Source: an uncultured Flavobacteriaceae bacterium (GTDB lineage Bacteria; Bacteroidota; Bacteroidia; NS11-12g; UBA955). From it: DNA of 64,000 nt. The notes under the pieces are model-generated. The model did not search any database. It was not told the origin of the DNA and worked only from the letters and a program-made list of their open reading frames with translations. Positions within the stretch are counted from its first letter, which is position 1, and every line of letters starts with the position of its first letter. The stretch is from assembly GCA_964626685.1 (NCBI GenBank), contig CAZVJY010000009.1, forward strand, positions 116-64,115, in the 5' to 3' direction. The position numbers and the translations under genes were made by a program. Positions 18,728-28,837 of this stretch are shown piece after piece.

Positions 18728-19453
18728 ATGGATACACAGTTGATGCTCATTGGTTTTGCCCTGGTGGCATTTCTTTATGCCGGGGTAGGACACGGCGGTG
18801 GCAGCGGGTATCTGGCTGTAATGGCACTTTGCAGTTACTACGGATACCTGACACGACCTGACGCACTGGTTTTGAACCTGGTGGTTTCAGGTATGGCATT
18901 CTTGCAATTTCAAAAGGGCGGTTATTTCAAGCTGCGCGATTTTATCTGGCTGGCCGGATTTTCTGTTCCCATGGCCTTTTTAGGCGGATTAACCCCGATA
19001 GAAGATGCTTTGTACAAAAAGATTCTGGGTGTGATGCTGATGTCGGCATCGGTACTCATGGTTTTCAGGCCTGCCGAGCCCCATAAAATCAGTGAAATGC
19101 CGCAAATTGCTGCTGCAATAATTGGTTCCGTCATTGGTTATGCAAGTGGCCTTACCGGCATTGGAGGCGGGGTTTGGCTTTCTCCGATTTTATTGCTGGC
19201 CGGCTGGGCCGGACAAAAACAAACCGCAGCACTGAGTTCGGCATTCATTTTTGTAAACAGCCTGAGTGGCTTGCTGGGCTGGGTGAAATCAGATCAACCC
19301 TGGGATCAAAATCTACCCGTTATGATGGGCGTTGTTTTGTTGTTTGGCAGTTTGGGTGCTTGGCTGGGAGCCGCAAAATATCAGTCAAAGGCCATGAAAT
19401 GGCTACTGGCAGTGGTGCTGGGTATTGCATCATTAAAATTACTGATGGTTTAA
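18728..19453 (+). CDS. TSUP (TauE/SafE) family anion-transporter-like membrane protein
   Basis: 241 aa with about 8 hydrophobic segments and an internal duplication with G-rich motifs (GHGGGSGY / GIGGGVW). Starts 3 nt after the moeA stop. Confidence 0.75.
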   Translation: MDTQLMLIGFALVAFLYAGVGHGGGSGYLAVMALCSYYGYLTRPDALVLNLVVSGMAFLQFQKGGYFKLRDFIWLAGFSVPMAFLGGLTPIEDALYKKILGVMLMSASVLMVFRPAEPHKISEMPQIAAAIIGSVIGYASGLTGIGGGVWLSPILLLAGWAGQKQTAALSSAFIFVNSLSGLLGWVKSDQPWDQNLPVMMGVVLLFGSLGAWLGAAKYQSKAMKWLLAVVLGIASLKLLMV

Positions 19454-20142
19454 TTTTCCGGCATTTCCTCGTCGAAAAACGCTTTGGCACTGTTGCTTTC
19501 TTCTGTTAAAAGCAGAGGTTCCACTGAGGCATAATCCCGAACCACCTTTATGGCCAATAAAGCCGTTGCCAGGCCCCAGCCGGTGGCTACCATATCGAAC
19601 AATGAGGCATTGATAAATTCAACCATGCTTTCTGCTTTGGTCGTTAGCTGGTAGGAGATTCTTCCCAAAATATTGTTCAAAATCCACGCAAACCACCAGA
19701 TACCTAAAACATCCAATCTCAGGGGTTGGGCATTGAACGGGTTTTTTACACTGAGGATTTTGTTTGCTGTTTGATACATCTCTTTCATTATTTGAAATGG
19801 CCTCCAAAGATTTAAAAATGGAACAAACCAACCGCCCGCAGCCCATCCATCGGTATATCGCATGTTCTCTTTTTGATTGAGATTGTAATATGCTCTGCGA
19901 AACCACATTATGAAGCTAATACCTGAGCCAATCCAGCCCAATATTTGCAAAACAGCGATTGCTCGTTGTCTCAGGTCATTCATGTTTGCCGAATTCATAT
20001 CCACTTCTGCTCCATTACGCCAGCTGTTTATAAGTTGATACTCAAAAAAGCTAGAAACAAGACTTATAGCATACAGGCCAACAATAATCCATAGAAAAAC
20101 CTGGGTTATTTTCGCACGTTGTTTATTGGGTTTGAAATTCAT
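19450..20142 (-). CDS. Membrane protein, DUF4328-like
   Basis: About 4 TM segments. WFRRAYYNL...GWFVPFLNLWRPFQIM block recalled as DUF4328-like; not searched. Confidence 0.5.
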   Translation of the reverse strand: MNFKPNKQRAKITQVFLWIIVGLYAISLVSSFFEYQLINSWRNGAEVDMNSANMNDLRQRAIAVLQILGWIGSGISFIMWFRRAYYNLNQKENMRYTDGWAAGGWFVPFLNLWRPFQIMKEMYQTANKILSVKNPFNAQPLRLDVLGIWWFAWILNNILGRISYQLTTKAESMVEFINASLFDMVATGWGLATALLAIKVVRDYASVEPLLLTEESNSAKAFFDEEMPEN

Positions 20143-20214
20143 AGTCTGACAATTTTACGGACTAATCACCACAATCACAAGAACGAATTATGAAAGGGTT
20201 TTATCTTCGCCCAC

Positions 20215-21129
20215 ATGAACGACATCACCCATAAGATAACCACCCTGCGCACCGCCACTGCTGAGGCAGTGGTGAGGGCCGGAAAGGTTGAAACCCTTGA
20301 AGCCATTAAAAACAAAGCTGTACCCAAGGGTGATGTATTTGAATTTTCGCGCGCTGCAGCACTGTTTGCAGTGAAAAACACCGCCCATGTTATTCCAGAC
20401 TGTCATCCACTGCCGGTAGAATCCTGCAAGGTGGAATTTTCTGTAGACGATATTGGGATTCATATACGGGTAGAAGTGAAAGCCATTTACCGCACGGGCG
20501 TGGAAGTAGAAGCCATGCATGGCGCCGCCATTGCAGCCTTAACCATGTATGATATGCTGAAGCCCATTGATAAAAATGTGGAAATTCAGCACATTCGTCT
20601 GGTTGCTAAAAAGGGTGGTAAATCCGATTATACTGATATACCTAAGCGTAAAATCAATGCGATGGTGGTGGTGTGCAGCGATACCATTTCCAAGGGTAAC
20701 AAAGAAGACAAAGCAGGCAAATCCATCATTAACAGGCTGGAACAATACGGCATTTCTATAACAGTATATTCCATTATTCCCGATGAGCCCAAAGATATTG
20801 CCCGCAAGGCAGAACTGGCCAGCCAAAGCGGATTTGATTTGCTTATTTACACCGGAGGAACCGGCCTTTCAAAGCGCGATGTAACTCCCGAAACCATTCT
20901 GCCCATGCTGGATCGGGAAGTTCCCGGCATCATGGAAGCGGCACGCAAATACGGACAGGAGCGTATGCCCTATGCCATGGTAAGCCGCGGTGTGGCCGGC
21001 TATATCGGCAACACTCTGATCCTTACCTTGCCCGGAAGTATAAGAGGGGCGGAAGAAAGCATGGATGCGCTGTTTCCTTATGTGCTACACCTGTTTCGTG
21101 TGGCCGATGGTGGCAGGCATGATGCCTGA
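20215..21129 (+). CDS. moaC/moaB: Bifunctional cyclic pyranopterin monophosphate synthase / MoaB-MogA-like protein
   Basis: N-terminal MoaC block TGVEVEAMHGAAIAALTMYDMLK. C-terminal MoCF-binding domain TGGTGLSKRDVTPE. Confidence 0.88.
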   Translation: MNDITHKITTLRTATAEAVVRAGKVETLEAIKNKAVPKGDVFEFSRAAALFAVKNTAHVIPDCHPLPVESCKVEFSVDDIGIHIRVEVKAIYRTGVEVEAMHGAAIAALTMYDMLKPIDKNVEIQHIRLVAKKGGKSDYTDIPKRKINAMVVVCSDTISKGNKEDKAGKSIINRLEQYGISITVYSIIPDEPKDIARKAELASQSGFDLLIYTGGTGLSKRDVTPETILPMLDREVPGIMEAARKYGQERMPYAMVSRGVAGYIGNTLILTLPGSIRGAEESMDALFPYVLHLFRVADGGRHDA

Positions 21130-21208
21130 TTATGACAAATTGGCGGATAATTTGTCGGCATGCTGACATATTTACCTCAATATACGAAAAAAAAGTCATG
21201 TTTTCAAA

Positions 21209-21225
21209 TTGGCACAGGTTTGGAC
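21209..21225 (+). promoter_or_regulatory. Candidate alternative-sigma (sigma-54-like) element TTGGCACAGGTTTGGAC upstream of groES
   Basis: Perfect TGGCAC (-24-like) with TGGA where TTGC is expected. Shares TTGGCACA-N4-T-N-GAC with the lon upstream region (58751..58767). No TAnnTTTG box in this gap. Confidence 0.3.
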
Positions 21226-21261
21226 TATGCAGGGTCATACAACCAAAAAATATATAATTGT

Positions 21262-21537
21262 ATGTCAGTAAACGTTAAACCTCTGGCCGACAGGGTTCTG
21301 GTAGAACCCCTCGCAGCCGAACAAAAGACTGCAGGTGGTATCATTATCCCCGATACCGCTAAGGAAAAACCCCAAAAAGGCACTGTAGTTGCCGTGGGTG
21401 AAGGTAAAAAAGATGAGCCTATGACCGTAAAGGTGGGCGACACTGTTCTTTACGGCAAGTATGCCGGTACCGAAATCAACGTGGAAGGTAAAGATTACCT
21501 CATCATGCGTGAAAGTGACATTTTCGCAATTATCTAA
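21262..21537 (+). CDS. groES: Co-chaperonin GroES
   Basis: [16 protein letters not shown]...[17 protein letters not shown]. The ORF-track start at 21160 is an unconserved extension. Confidence 0.95.
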   Translation: MSVNVKPLADRVLVEPLAAEQKTAGGIIIPDTAKEKPQKGTVVAVGEGKKDEPMTVKVGDTVLYGKYAGTEINVEGKDYLIMRESDIFAII

Positions 21538-23187
<1,650 letters not shown>

Positions 23188-23211
23188 GCATCAGCTGAAA
23201 TATTAAAATAG

Positions 23212-23241
23212 AAAAAGGTCGCCATTGGGTGACCTTTTTTT
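23212..23241 (+). terminator. Rho-independent terminator of groESL
   Basis: Stem GGTCGCC/GGTGACC (23217-23223/23228-23234) with flanking A/T extension, loop ATTG, then TTTTTTT. Confidence 0.75.
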
Positions 23242-23285
23242 ATGTAAAACAGATTCTTATTACCGTTGCAGGTTACCTTTGCCCC

Positions 23286-25181
23286 GTGAAAAGGCTTTCA
23301 CTGTTGTTGTTCGTATTGGTAACTATTCGATTTTTGTCGGCTCAGCCTTGCAAATCTATAAAAAACAAGCCCAAACAACTTACTACCAAATGTATTAAAA
23401 TCCACTCCATACTGGTGGATGCATGTGGTTCGCCAGAAGGGGAAAATGAAATTCTGCTTTTTTACACCGGAAATACCTCGCTTACGCTGAGTAAGCTCAG
23501 CGCAAAATGGCCTAATGCCGGAAACAATTGGCTGGGCTTAACCCAAAATGCTGCTACCGCAAAAAAAGTATCCGATATTAATGCTACCATCGCGGGTTGC
23601 GGCAAATTGATTGAACCTCTAGCCGGTATTATTCCTGCAAACAAGCAGGTCTATTTGTTCACATCCACCAATTTTATTGTAGGTTCCAATCAGTTCACCA
23701 ACCTATCGGATACCGCGTATGCCATTTTTCAAAAATCAGGCAATACTGCCGGACATTTTGCCAATTACTCCACACCTTCGGGGTTGCGCACCACCATTTT
23801 ATCTGTTGCCGGGTCCTGCAGCGATACCGCAATTTATGACAAAGTGAAACTGGTTAAGCAAAATAGAACTGTGGGTGCCGAAGATGGCGGATATGTGAAT
23901 TTTGATAGTCTGGGTGGTGCAACCTACCTAAATGATGGCTGTAACGCCCCTGTTGATCCTCCGAAAGTAAACGCCCAAATCACCAACGGCAGCAGTTTTT
24001 GTCCGGGGGATTCCGTCATGCTAAAAGGATCTGTTTCCGGCGGCCTTTGTTTTGTGTGGCGCGCCAAAACTGGTCAGTTCTCAGATTCCACAACCCTGAC
24101 AACCGTATACTATCCCAATTATGCCAATCCATCTGCGCCCGAACTATGGCTTTTTAGCTGCAACAGCAGTATCAAAGCAGTGGTTAATATAAACATCAAA
24201 CCACAGCAGCCGGTTTCTGCAGGGAAAGACACAATGGTCTGCTCTGGCAATACCATCGTGCTGAAAATGCGCTCCGGTTCCGGCCCTGTGCTTTGGAAGC
24301 CGCTGGATGGTTCCGGTATTATCCAGAATCCTACGGCAGTTTCTACAACGTATTTGCCTTCTACTGCAGATACTGCTGTTAAATTTGTTTTACAGGCATT
24401 CAACGGCTGCAAGTCCGCCAATGATACCTTTAAGGCGGTGTTTATTCAGAAAATCAAACCCGATTTTCAACTTTCAGATTCTGTGGTTTGCCGTAATGCC
24501 GATTCGGTGTTTTTGTTGCCTTTGAATAAGGGCGGTGTTTTCAGCGGACTCACATTTTCTGCTACACCAGCATATTGGCCGTCTGTTCCAGGCAGGTACA
24601 GAATTGTATATGTTACCCAAAACCGCGGATGCAAGGATTCTGCAGTAAAATATCTGCTGGTGAACCCTAATCCCAATGCGCTGTTTGATTTGTTACCCGG
24701 TGATACTGTAAAAACAGGGTCGGTTGTAAAAGCAATACCACGTCAAACGGGCGCATACCGACATGTGTGGAGTATAGCCGGCAATGTTGTTACATGGCCA
24801 TTTGCACCCGCTAAGGAAGGTCGTTACAGGGTATTACATACCATCACTGATTCGATCACCGGTTGTTCAGATACCGCTTCTGTTGTGCTAATCGTTATCG
24901 GAGATGAAGATATTCGCATGGCAAATGTGTTTACACCCAATGGTGACAGCCTTAATGATGTGTTTAACTTTGTGGGCAGCGGCATTAGGAATTCAAATCT
25001 TAAGATTTTTAACCGCTGGGGTGAAAAACTCTTTGAAAGCGACGATCAGCGACACGGCTGGAATGGTAAGACATACGGCGGGGTTATCTGCCCTGAAGGC
25101 GTTTATTTCTGGCAAATGTATGTGCAGATGCAAAGCGGTAAAAAATCTTATTATTCCGGCACAGTGACCTTGCTGCGATAA
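23286..25181 (+). CDS. Secreted protein with T9SS type-B C-terminal sorting domain
   Basis: GTG at 23286 gives the signal peptide (M)KRLSLLLFVLVTIRFLSAQ. The listed start at 23229 lies inside the groEL terminator. C-terminus is NVFTPNGDSLNDVF...FNRWGEKLF...GWNG...GVYFW. Confidence 0.8.
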   Translation: MKRLSLLLFVLVTIRFLSAQPCKSIKNKPKQLTTKCIKIHSILVDACGSPEGENEILLFYTGNTSLTLSKLSAKWPNAGNNWLGLTQNAATAKKVSDINATIAGCGKLIEPLAGIIPANKQVYLFTSTNFIVGSNQFTNLSDTAYAIFQKSGNTAGHFANYSTPSGLRTTILSVAGSCSDTAIYDKVKLVKQNRTVGAEDGGYVNFDSLGGATYLNDGCNAPVDPPKVNAQITNGSSFCPGDSVMLKGSVSGGLCFVWRAKTGQFSDSTTLTTVYYPNYANPSAPELWLFSCNSSIKAVVNINIKPQQPVSAGKDTMVCSGNTIVLKMRSGSGPVLWKPLDGSGIIQNPTAVSTTYLPSTADTAVKFVLQAFNGCKSANDTFKAVFIQKIKPDFQLSDSVVCRNADSVFLLPLNKGGVFSGLTFSATPAYWPSVPGRYRIVYVTQNRGCKDSAVKYLLVNPNPNALFDLLPGDTVKTGSVVKAIPRQTGAYRHVWSIAGNVVTWPFAPAKEGRYRVLHTITDSITGCSDTASVVLIVIGDEDIRMANVFTPNGDSLNDVFNFVGSGIRNSNLKIFNRWGEKLFESDDQRHGWNGKTYGGVICPEGVYFWQMYVQMQSGKKSYYSGTVTLLR

Positions 25182-25200
25182 TCCTGTCTATCTTCGCATC

Positions 25201-25614
25201 ATGCCGCGAATACTGGCTTTTGATTATGGAATGAAACGGACCGGTATTGCGGTTACCGATCCGCTGAAAATGATTGCAAGCCCTCTCATGGCTGTAGAAA
25301 CAGCAAAGCTTCATTTGTGGCTGCAACAATATCTTGCACAGGAAAGTGTTGAGTCTTTTGTGGTTGGGCTTCCCAGCCGATTAAGCGGGGAAGATACCCA
25401 TGCTACGCAGCCGGTGCTGTTGTTTATTGAAAAACTCAGGGAAGTTTATCCCGATATTCCAGTTTATACCATTGATGAAAGATTGAGCAGCCGCGAGGCA
25501 AAACAAAGTATTATCAACAGTGGTGCCGGAAAACAAAAACGTGCGGACAAGAAATTGCTGGATACCGTCAGCGCAACCTTAATTTTGCAAACACACCTTC
25601 AAAGAATCTCATGA
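25201..25614 (+). CDS. ruvX: Holliday junction resolvase-like RuvX/YqgF
   Basis: ILAFDYGMKRTGIAVTD N-terminus, 137 aa. Confidence 0.85.
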   Translation: MPRILAFDYGMKRTGIAVTDPLKMIASPLMAVETAKLHLWLQQYLAQESVESFVVGLPSRLSGEDTHATQPVLLFIEKLREVYPDIPVYTIDERLSSREAKQSIINSGAGKQKRADKKLLDTVSATLILQTHLQRIS

Positions 25615-26162
25615 TATTGCCTGTTTACGCATACGGACAGCCGGTTTTACGGCAAAAAGCCACCGAAATTGACAAAGATTATCCCAATTTAAAAGGGTTG
25701 ATTGCGGATATGTTTGAAACCATGTATGCCAGCAATGGTATTGGCCTGGCTGCACCCCAGATCGGCCTGGGTATCAGGTTGTTTATTACAGACGGTTCAG
25801 AAATTGAAAATATTAAACCGGAAGGGTTTAAACAGGTGTTTATCAATCCACAGATTATAGAAGAATTCGATGAAAAGTGGGATTACGAGGAAGGCTGTCT
25901 GAGTATTCCCCAGGTGCGTGCCGATGTAAACCGCCACAGTAAGCTGGTTTTGCACTACTATGATGAAAACTGGCAGGAGCACACCCATGAGTTTGAAGGC
26001 ATGGCAGCACGCATTATCCAGCATGAATACGATCACATTGAAGGCATTTTATTTACCGACCGCATTCATCCGTTGAAACGAACCATGCTAAAATCCAGGC
26101 TAAACAACATAAGTCAGGGCCGCGTGAATGTTTCGTATAAAATGAAGTTCGCAAAAAAGTAA
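25611..26162 (+). CDS. def: Peptide deformylase
   Basis: GIGLAAPQIG, EGCLSIP and HEYDHIEG motifs. Confidence 0.93.
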   Translation: MILPVYAYGQPVLRQKATEIDKDYPNLKGLIADMFETMYASNGIGLAAPQIGLGIRLFITDGSEIENIKPEGFKQVFINPQIIEEFDEKWDYEEGCLSIPQVRADVNRHSKLVLHYYDENWQEHTHEFEGMAARIIQHEYDHIEGILFTDRIHPLKRTMLKSRLNNISQGRVNVSYKMKFAKK

Positions 26163-26172
26163 AGTCTGGTTT

Positions 26173-27033
26173 ATGGATGAAAAGCGCAAGCCGGCATTTC
26201 GCTATTACTGGATTCTGCTGCGTCCCGTAAATTTGGGTATCATCATTCTCACGATGGGCTTGTTTATGATGCATGCCTCACGGTGGAATGTGCAGAACCT
26301 TCGCTGGCCTGATGCCCTTTTTGTGGTGCTTTCAGTGCTGTTTACCGCCGCAGCTGGATATGTAATCAATGATATACTCGACATTGAAGAGGATGTCATT
26401 AATAAACCTGAAAAACGCATTATTGCCAAACACATTTCGGTTAAAGCCGGTCTTGTGTTTTATGGTCTTTTGCTCATCAGTTCCATCATTTTTGGTTTTT
26501 TGACCAGCCTGAGCATGGGGTTGGTTTGTGCACTGATATCCGTATTGCTCTATTTCTATTCTTCCGATTTAAAAGGAACCACGCTTTGGGGGAATCTGTT
26601 GGTGTCTATGATGAATGGAGTGGTGGTTTTCTTTTCTGCACAGGGCGTGGATGAGAAATTCAACGGGTATTTTGCGGAATACGCTTTTCTGGCATTTCTG
26701 ATTACGATGGCAAGGGAAGTAGTGAAGGATATTGAAGACAGGGAAGGAGACGCAACAATAGAATATGAAACTTTTCCGATTGTATACGGATCCGGCAAAT
26801 CGGTGTGGTTGTGCATGGGAATTCTTACCCTTCTTAATATTCACATGGTATATCTTATAACAGAGAGCAGGAACCTCTATTTTGGCATTTTTAGTTCAGT
26901 TTTTGTATTGCTGCCGGTGTTCTATTTCTATTACCAGCTTTTGTCAGCAGAGGGGAAAGCAGATTATACACGAATCCAAAAGCGGTTGAAGTGGCTAATG
27001 GTTTCCGGAATTTTATCGGTTGTTTTTCTGTGA
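26173..27033 (+). CDS. UbiA-family prenyltransferase
   Basis: NDILDIEEDVINKPEKR (NDxxDxxxD) and a second Asp-rich block KDIEDREGD. Polytopic membrane protein. Confidence 0.8.
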   Translation: MDEKRKPAFRYYWILLRPVNLGIIILTMGLFMMHASRWNVQNLRWPDALFVVLSVLFTAAAGYVINDILDIEEDVINKPEKRIIAKHISVKAGLVFYGLLLISSIIFGFLTSLSMGLVCALISVLLYFYSSDLKGTTLWGNLLVSMMNGVVVFFSAQGVDEKFNGYFAEYAFLAFLITMAREVVKDIEDREGDATIEYETFPIVYGSGKSVWLCMGILTLLNIHMVYLITESRNLYFGIFSSVFVLLPVFYFYYQLLSAEGKADYTRIQKRLKWLMVSGILSVVFL

Positions 27034-27594
27034 TGGCCAGGAGGCCGCAACAGCCGCAAGCTCGTTATACCATTCTTCACCCATTTTACGGATAAGTGCT
27101 TCTTTTAAAAAAGCATATACCGGAATGTTTTCATCGTCGCCTCTTTTACAAGCAGGTTCACAAATATCCCAGCGGTGATAATTCAGGGCGGTATACTCAC
27201 CGTATTCCTTTGCCCGAATTGGATAGAGGTGGCAGCTAACCGGTTTCTTGAAGTTTGTTTTTCCTGCTTTCCATGCATTTTCAATGCCACAGGTTGCGAC
27301 CATTCCTTCATAAACCACAAAGGAGCATTCGCCACCGGGAAGGCAGGTAGTTACGGCATCTCCCTCAGGATCTTTGGTGTGAAAACCTTGAGATACAATG
27401 TTTTGAAAACCCGCTTCTGATAAAAACGGTCTTATGCCAGGTAGTTCCTCTTCTATAATCCTAATTTCTTCAGTCAGTAAGGGAGCACCAGCATCGCCTT
27501 TTACGCAGCATACACCCATACAAGCCCTCGTATCGCAGGCAAACTTTTTTTCAATAATGTCTTCAGAAACGAGTGCGTTTCCAATAATCAGCAT
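27013..27594 (-). CDS. Cys-rich protein, DUF3109-like
   Basis: CDTRACMGVCCVKGDAGAPL N-terminal Cys cluster, recalled as DUF3109-like (not searched). The ATG overlaps the purE stop by 1 nt. Confidence 0.55.
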   Translation of the reverse strand: MLIIGNALVSEDIIEKKFACDTRACMGVCCVKGDAGAPLLTEEIRIIEEELPGIRPFLSEAGFQNIVSQGFHTKDPEGDAVTTCLPGGECSFVVYEGMVATCGIENAWKAGKTNFKKPVSCHLYPIRAKEYGEYTALNYHRWDICEPACKRGDDENIPVYAFLKEALIRKMGEEWYNELAAVAASWPSQKNNR

Positions 27595-28115
27595 CAGATA
27601 ATCTCTTGTTTGTTCAGGAAATCTTCGTGGCCCAGCTTTTCGAGCCTGGTAGCCTTTTCCATAACTTCATCGCTGATGCGCTTCTTATAGTCTTTTATTT
27701 TCTGCGCAATATTCTCATCCTGCGCTCCCAAAATCTGGGCTGCCATGATACCGGCATTTCTGGCCCCATTGATGGCCATGGTGGCTACCGGCACACCGGG
27801 AGGCATTTGAACAATGCTGTAAAGACTGTCTAAACCACTGAGGTTGCTGCTTTTTACAGGCACACCAACGACGGGCAAATGTGTAAGACTGGCAACCATT
27901 CCGGGAAGGTGCGCGGCGCCGCCGGCACCGGCGATGATTACCTTGATGCCCTTATCAGGAGCCTTCGCTGCGTAATCAACCATGCGCTGCGGGGTGCGGT
28001 GTGCGGAAACAATGGTCAGTTCGTATGAAATGCCAAAAAATTCGAGCATGCGTGCCGCCTCCTGCATTACAGGTAGGTCGCTGTCGCTGCCCATGATGAT
28101 GCCTACTTTAGCCAT
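27594..28115 (-). CDS. purE: 5-(carboxyamino)imidazole ribonucleotide mutase
   Basis: GSDSDLPVM and [10 protein letters not shown] motifs. Confidence 0.93.
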   Translation of the reverse strand: MAKVGIIMGSDSDLPVMQEAARMLEFFGISYELTIVSAHRTPQRMVDYAAKAPDKGIKVIIAGAGGAAHLPGMVASLTHLPVVGVPVKSSNLSGLDSLYSIVQMPPGVPVATMAINGARNAGIMAAQILGAQDENIAQKIKDYKKRISDEVMEKATRLEKLGHEDFLNKQEII

Positions 28116-28830
28116 GTTTGGATTGATTTACAAAGTTCGCAATTATTGACCATAAAACATATACCAGTAAAAACGGAATGCCCGCAAATACGCCAAAAAC
28201 AGGAATGCATGCCAGTCCAAGTATGGGAACGGCCACTTTCCAAAGGAGCAGCGGGTCACCTTGTTTGAATTTTAATGACAACATGGGCCAGTCGGAAACC
28301 ATAAGGTAAGCTGCCAAAATGGGCGCAAAACTAAAAAAGTATGGATGCTCAAAAATGGCTTTAAAGGCGCTGTCTTCGGTGTGTTCAAATGCAAGGATCA
28401 GTGACCCGAAAGCCATGCCGGTAATGGGAGTTGGAACGCCCAGAAAACCTGTTGTCTGTCGGGTATCGATATTGAATTTTGCCAGTCGCCAGGCACCTGC
28501 CAGCGGCAGGGCGAGCCATGCATAGCGTGAAGTGCAAAATCCATCGGGCATGCAATATCCTTTTTGGAGTGTATAGTGCAGCATGACCAGCCCCGGAAGC
28601 AATGTAAATGTAATCAGATCTGCCAGCGAATCTAGCTGTTTTCCCATCTCGCCATCAGCGCCCAGAAGACGAGCCGTAAAACCATCGGCAAAATCGAGGA
28701 TTGCTGCCAGACCCAGGCAAATTAGTATGCTGTTCATGTCACCTGCCATAAGTCGTTCGATACCGATTGCCCCACAGGCAAGGTTTCCGAGGGTCAGTAG
28801 ATTGGGGAGGCTTTTCAGCATTTCTTTCAT
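28108..28830 (-). CDS. pssA: CDP-alcohol phosphatidyltransferase (phosphatidylserine synthase-like)
   Basis: [27 protein letters not shown] matches D-x2-DG-x2-AR-x8-G-x3-D-x3-D. Start at [13 protein letters not shown] (28830). The listed start at 28989 overlaps the upstream gene. Confidence 0.8.
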   Translation of the reverse strand: MKEMLKSLPNLLTLGNLACGAIGIERLMAGDMNSILICLGLAAILDFADGFTARLLGADGEMGKQLDSLADLITFTLLPGLVMLHYTLQKGYCMPDGFCTSRYAWLALPLAGAWRLAKFNIDTRQTTGFLGVPTPITGMAFGSLILAFEHTEDSAFKAIFEHPYFFSFAPILAAYLMVSDWPMLSLKFKQGDPLLLWKVAVPILGLACIPVFGVFAGIPFLLVYVLWSIIANFVNQSKHG

Positions 28831-28837
28831 TGTCAAT

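Noticed and set aside
19475-19495. TGGCAC...TTGC-like string (TTTGGCACTGTTGC) resembling a sigma-54 site
   Set aside because: The spacing between GG and GC is 7 nt instead of 10, and the string lies inside the DUF4328-like coding sequence.
13660-21129. Moco biosynthesis cluster as a novel system
   Set aside because: All components are textbook and the MoaC-MoaB fusion is a known arrangement. Only the embedded TSUP gene and the moaA start are noted separately.
21130-21261. CIRCE/HrcA operator (TTAGCACTC-N9-GAGTGCTAA) upstream of groES
   Set aside because: No such inverted repeat is present. Only the unrelated 8-bp inverted repeat GACAAATT/AATTTGTC (21134-21156) and the TTGGCACA element are there.
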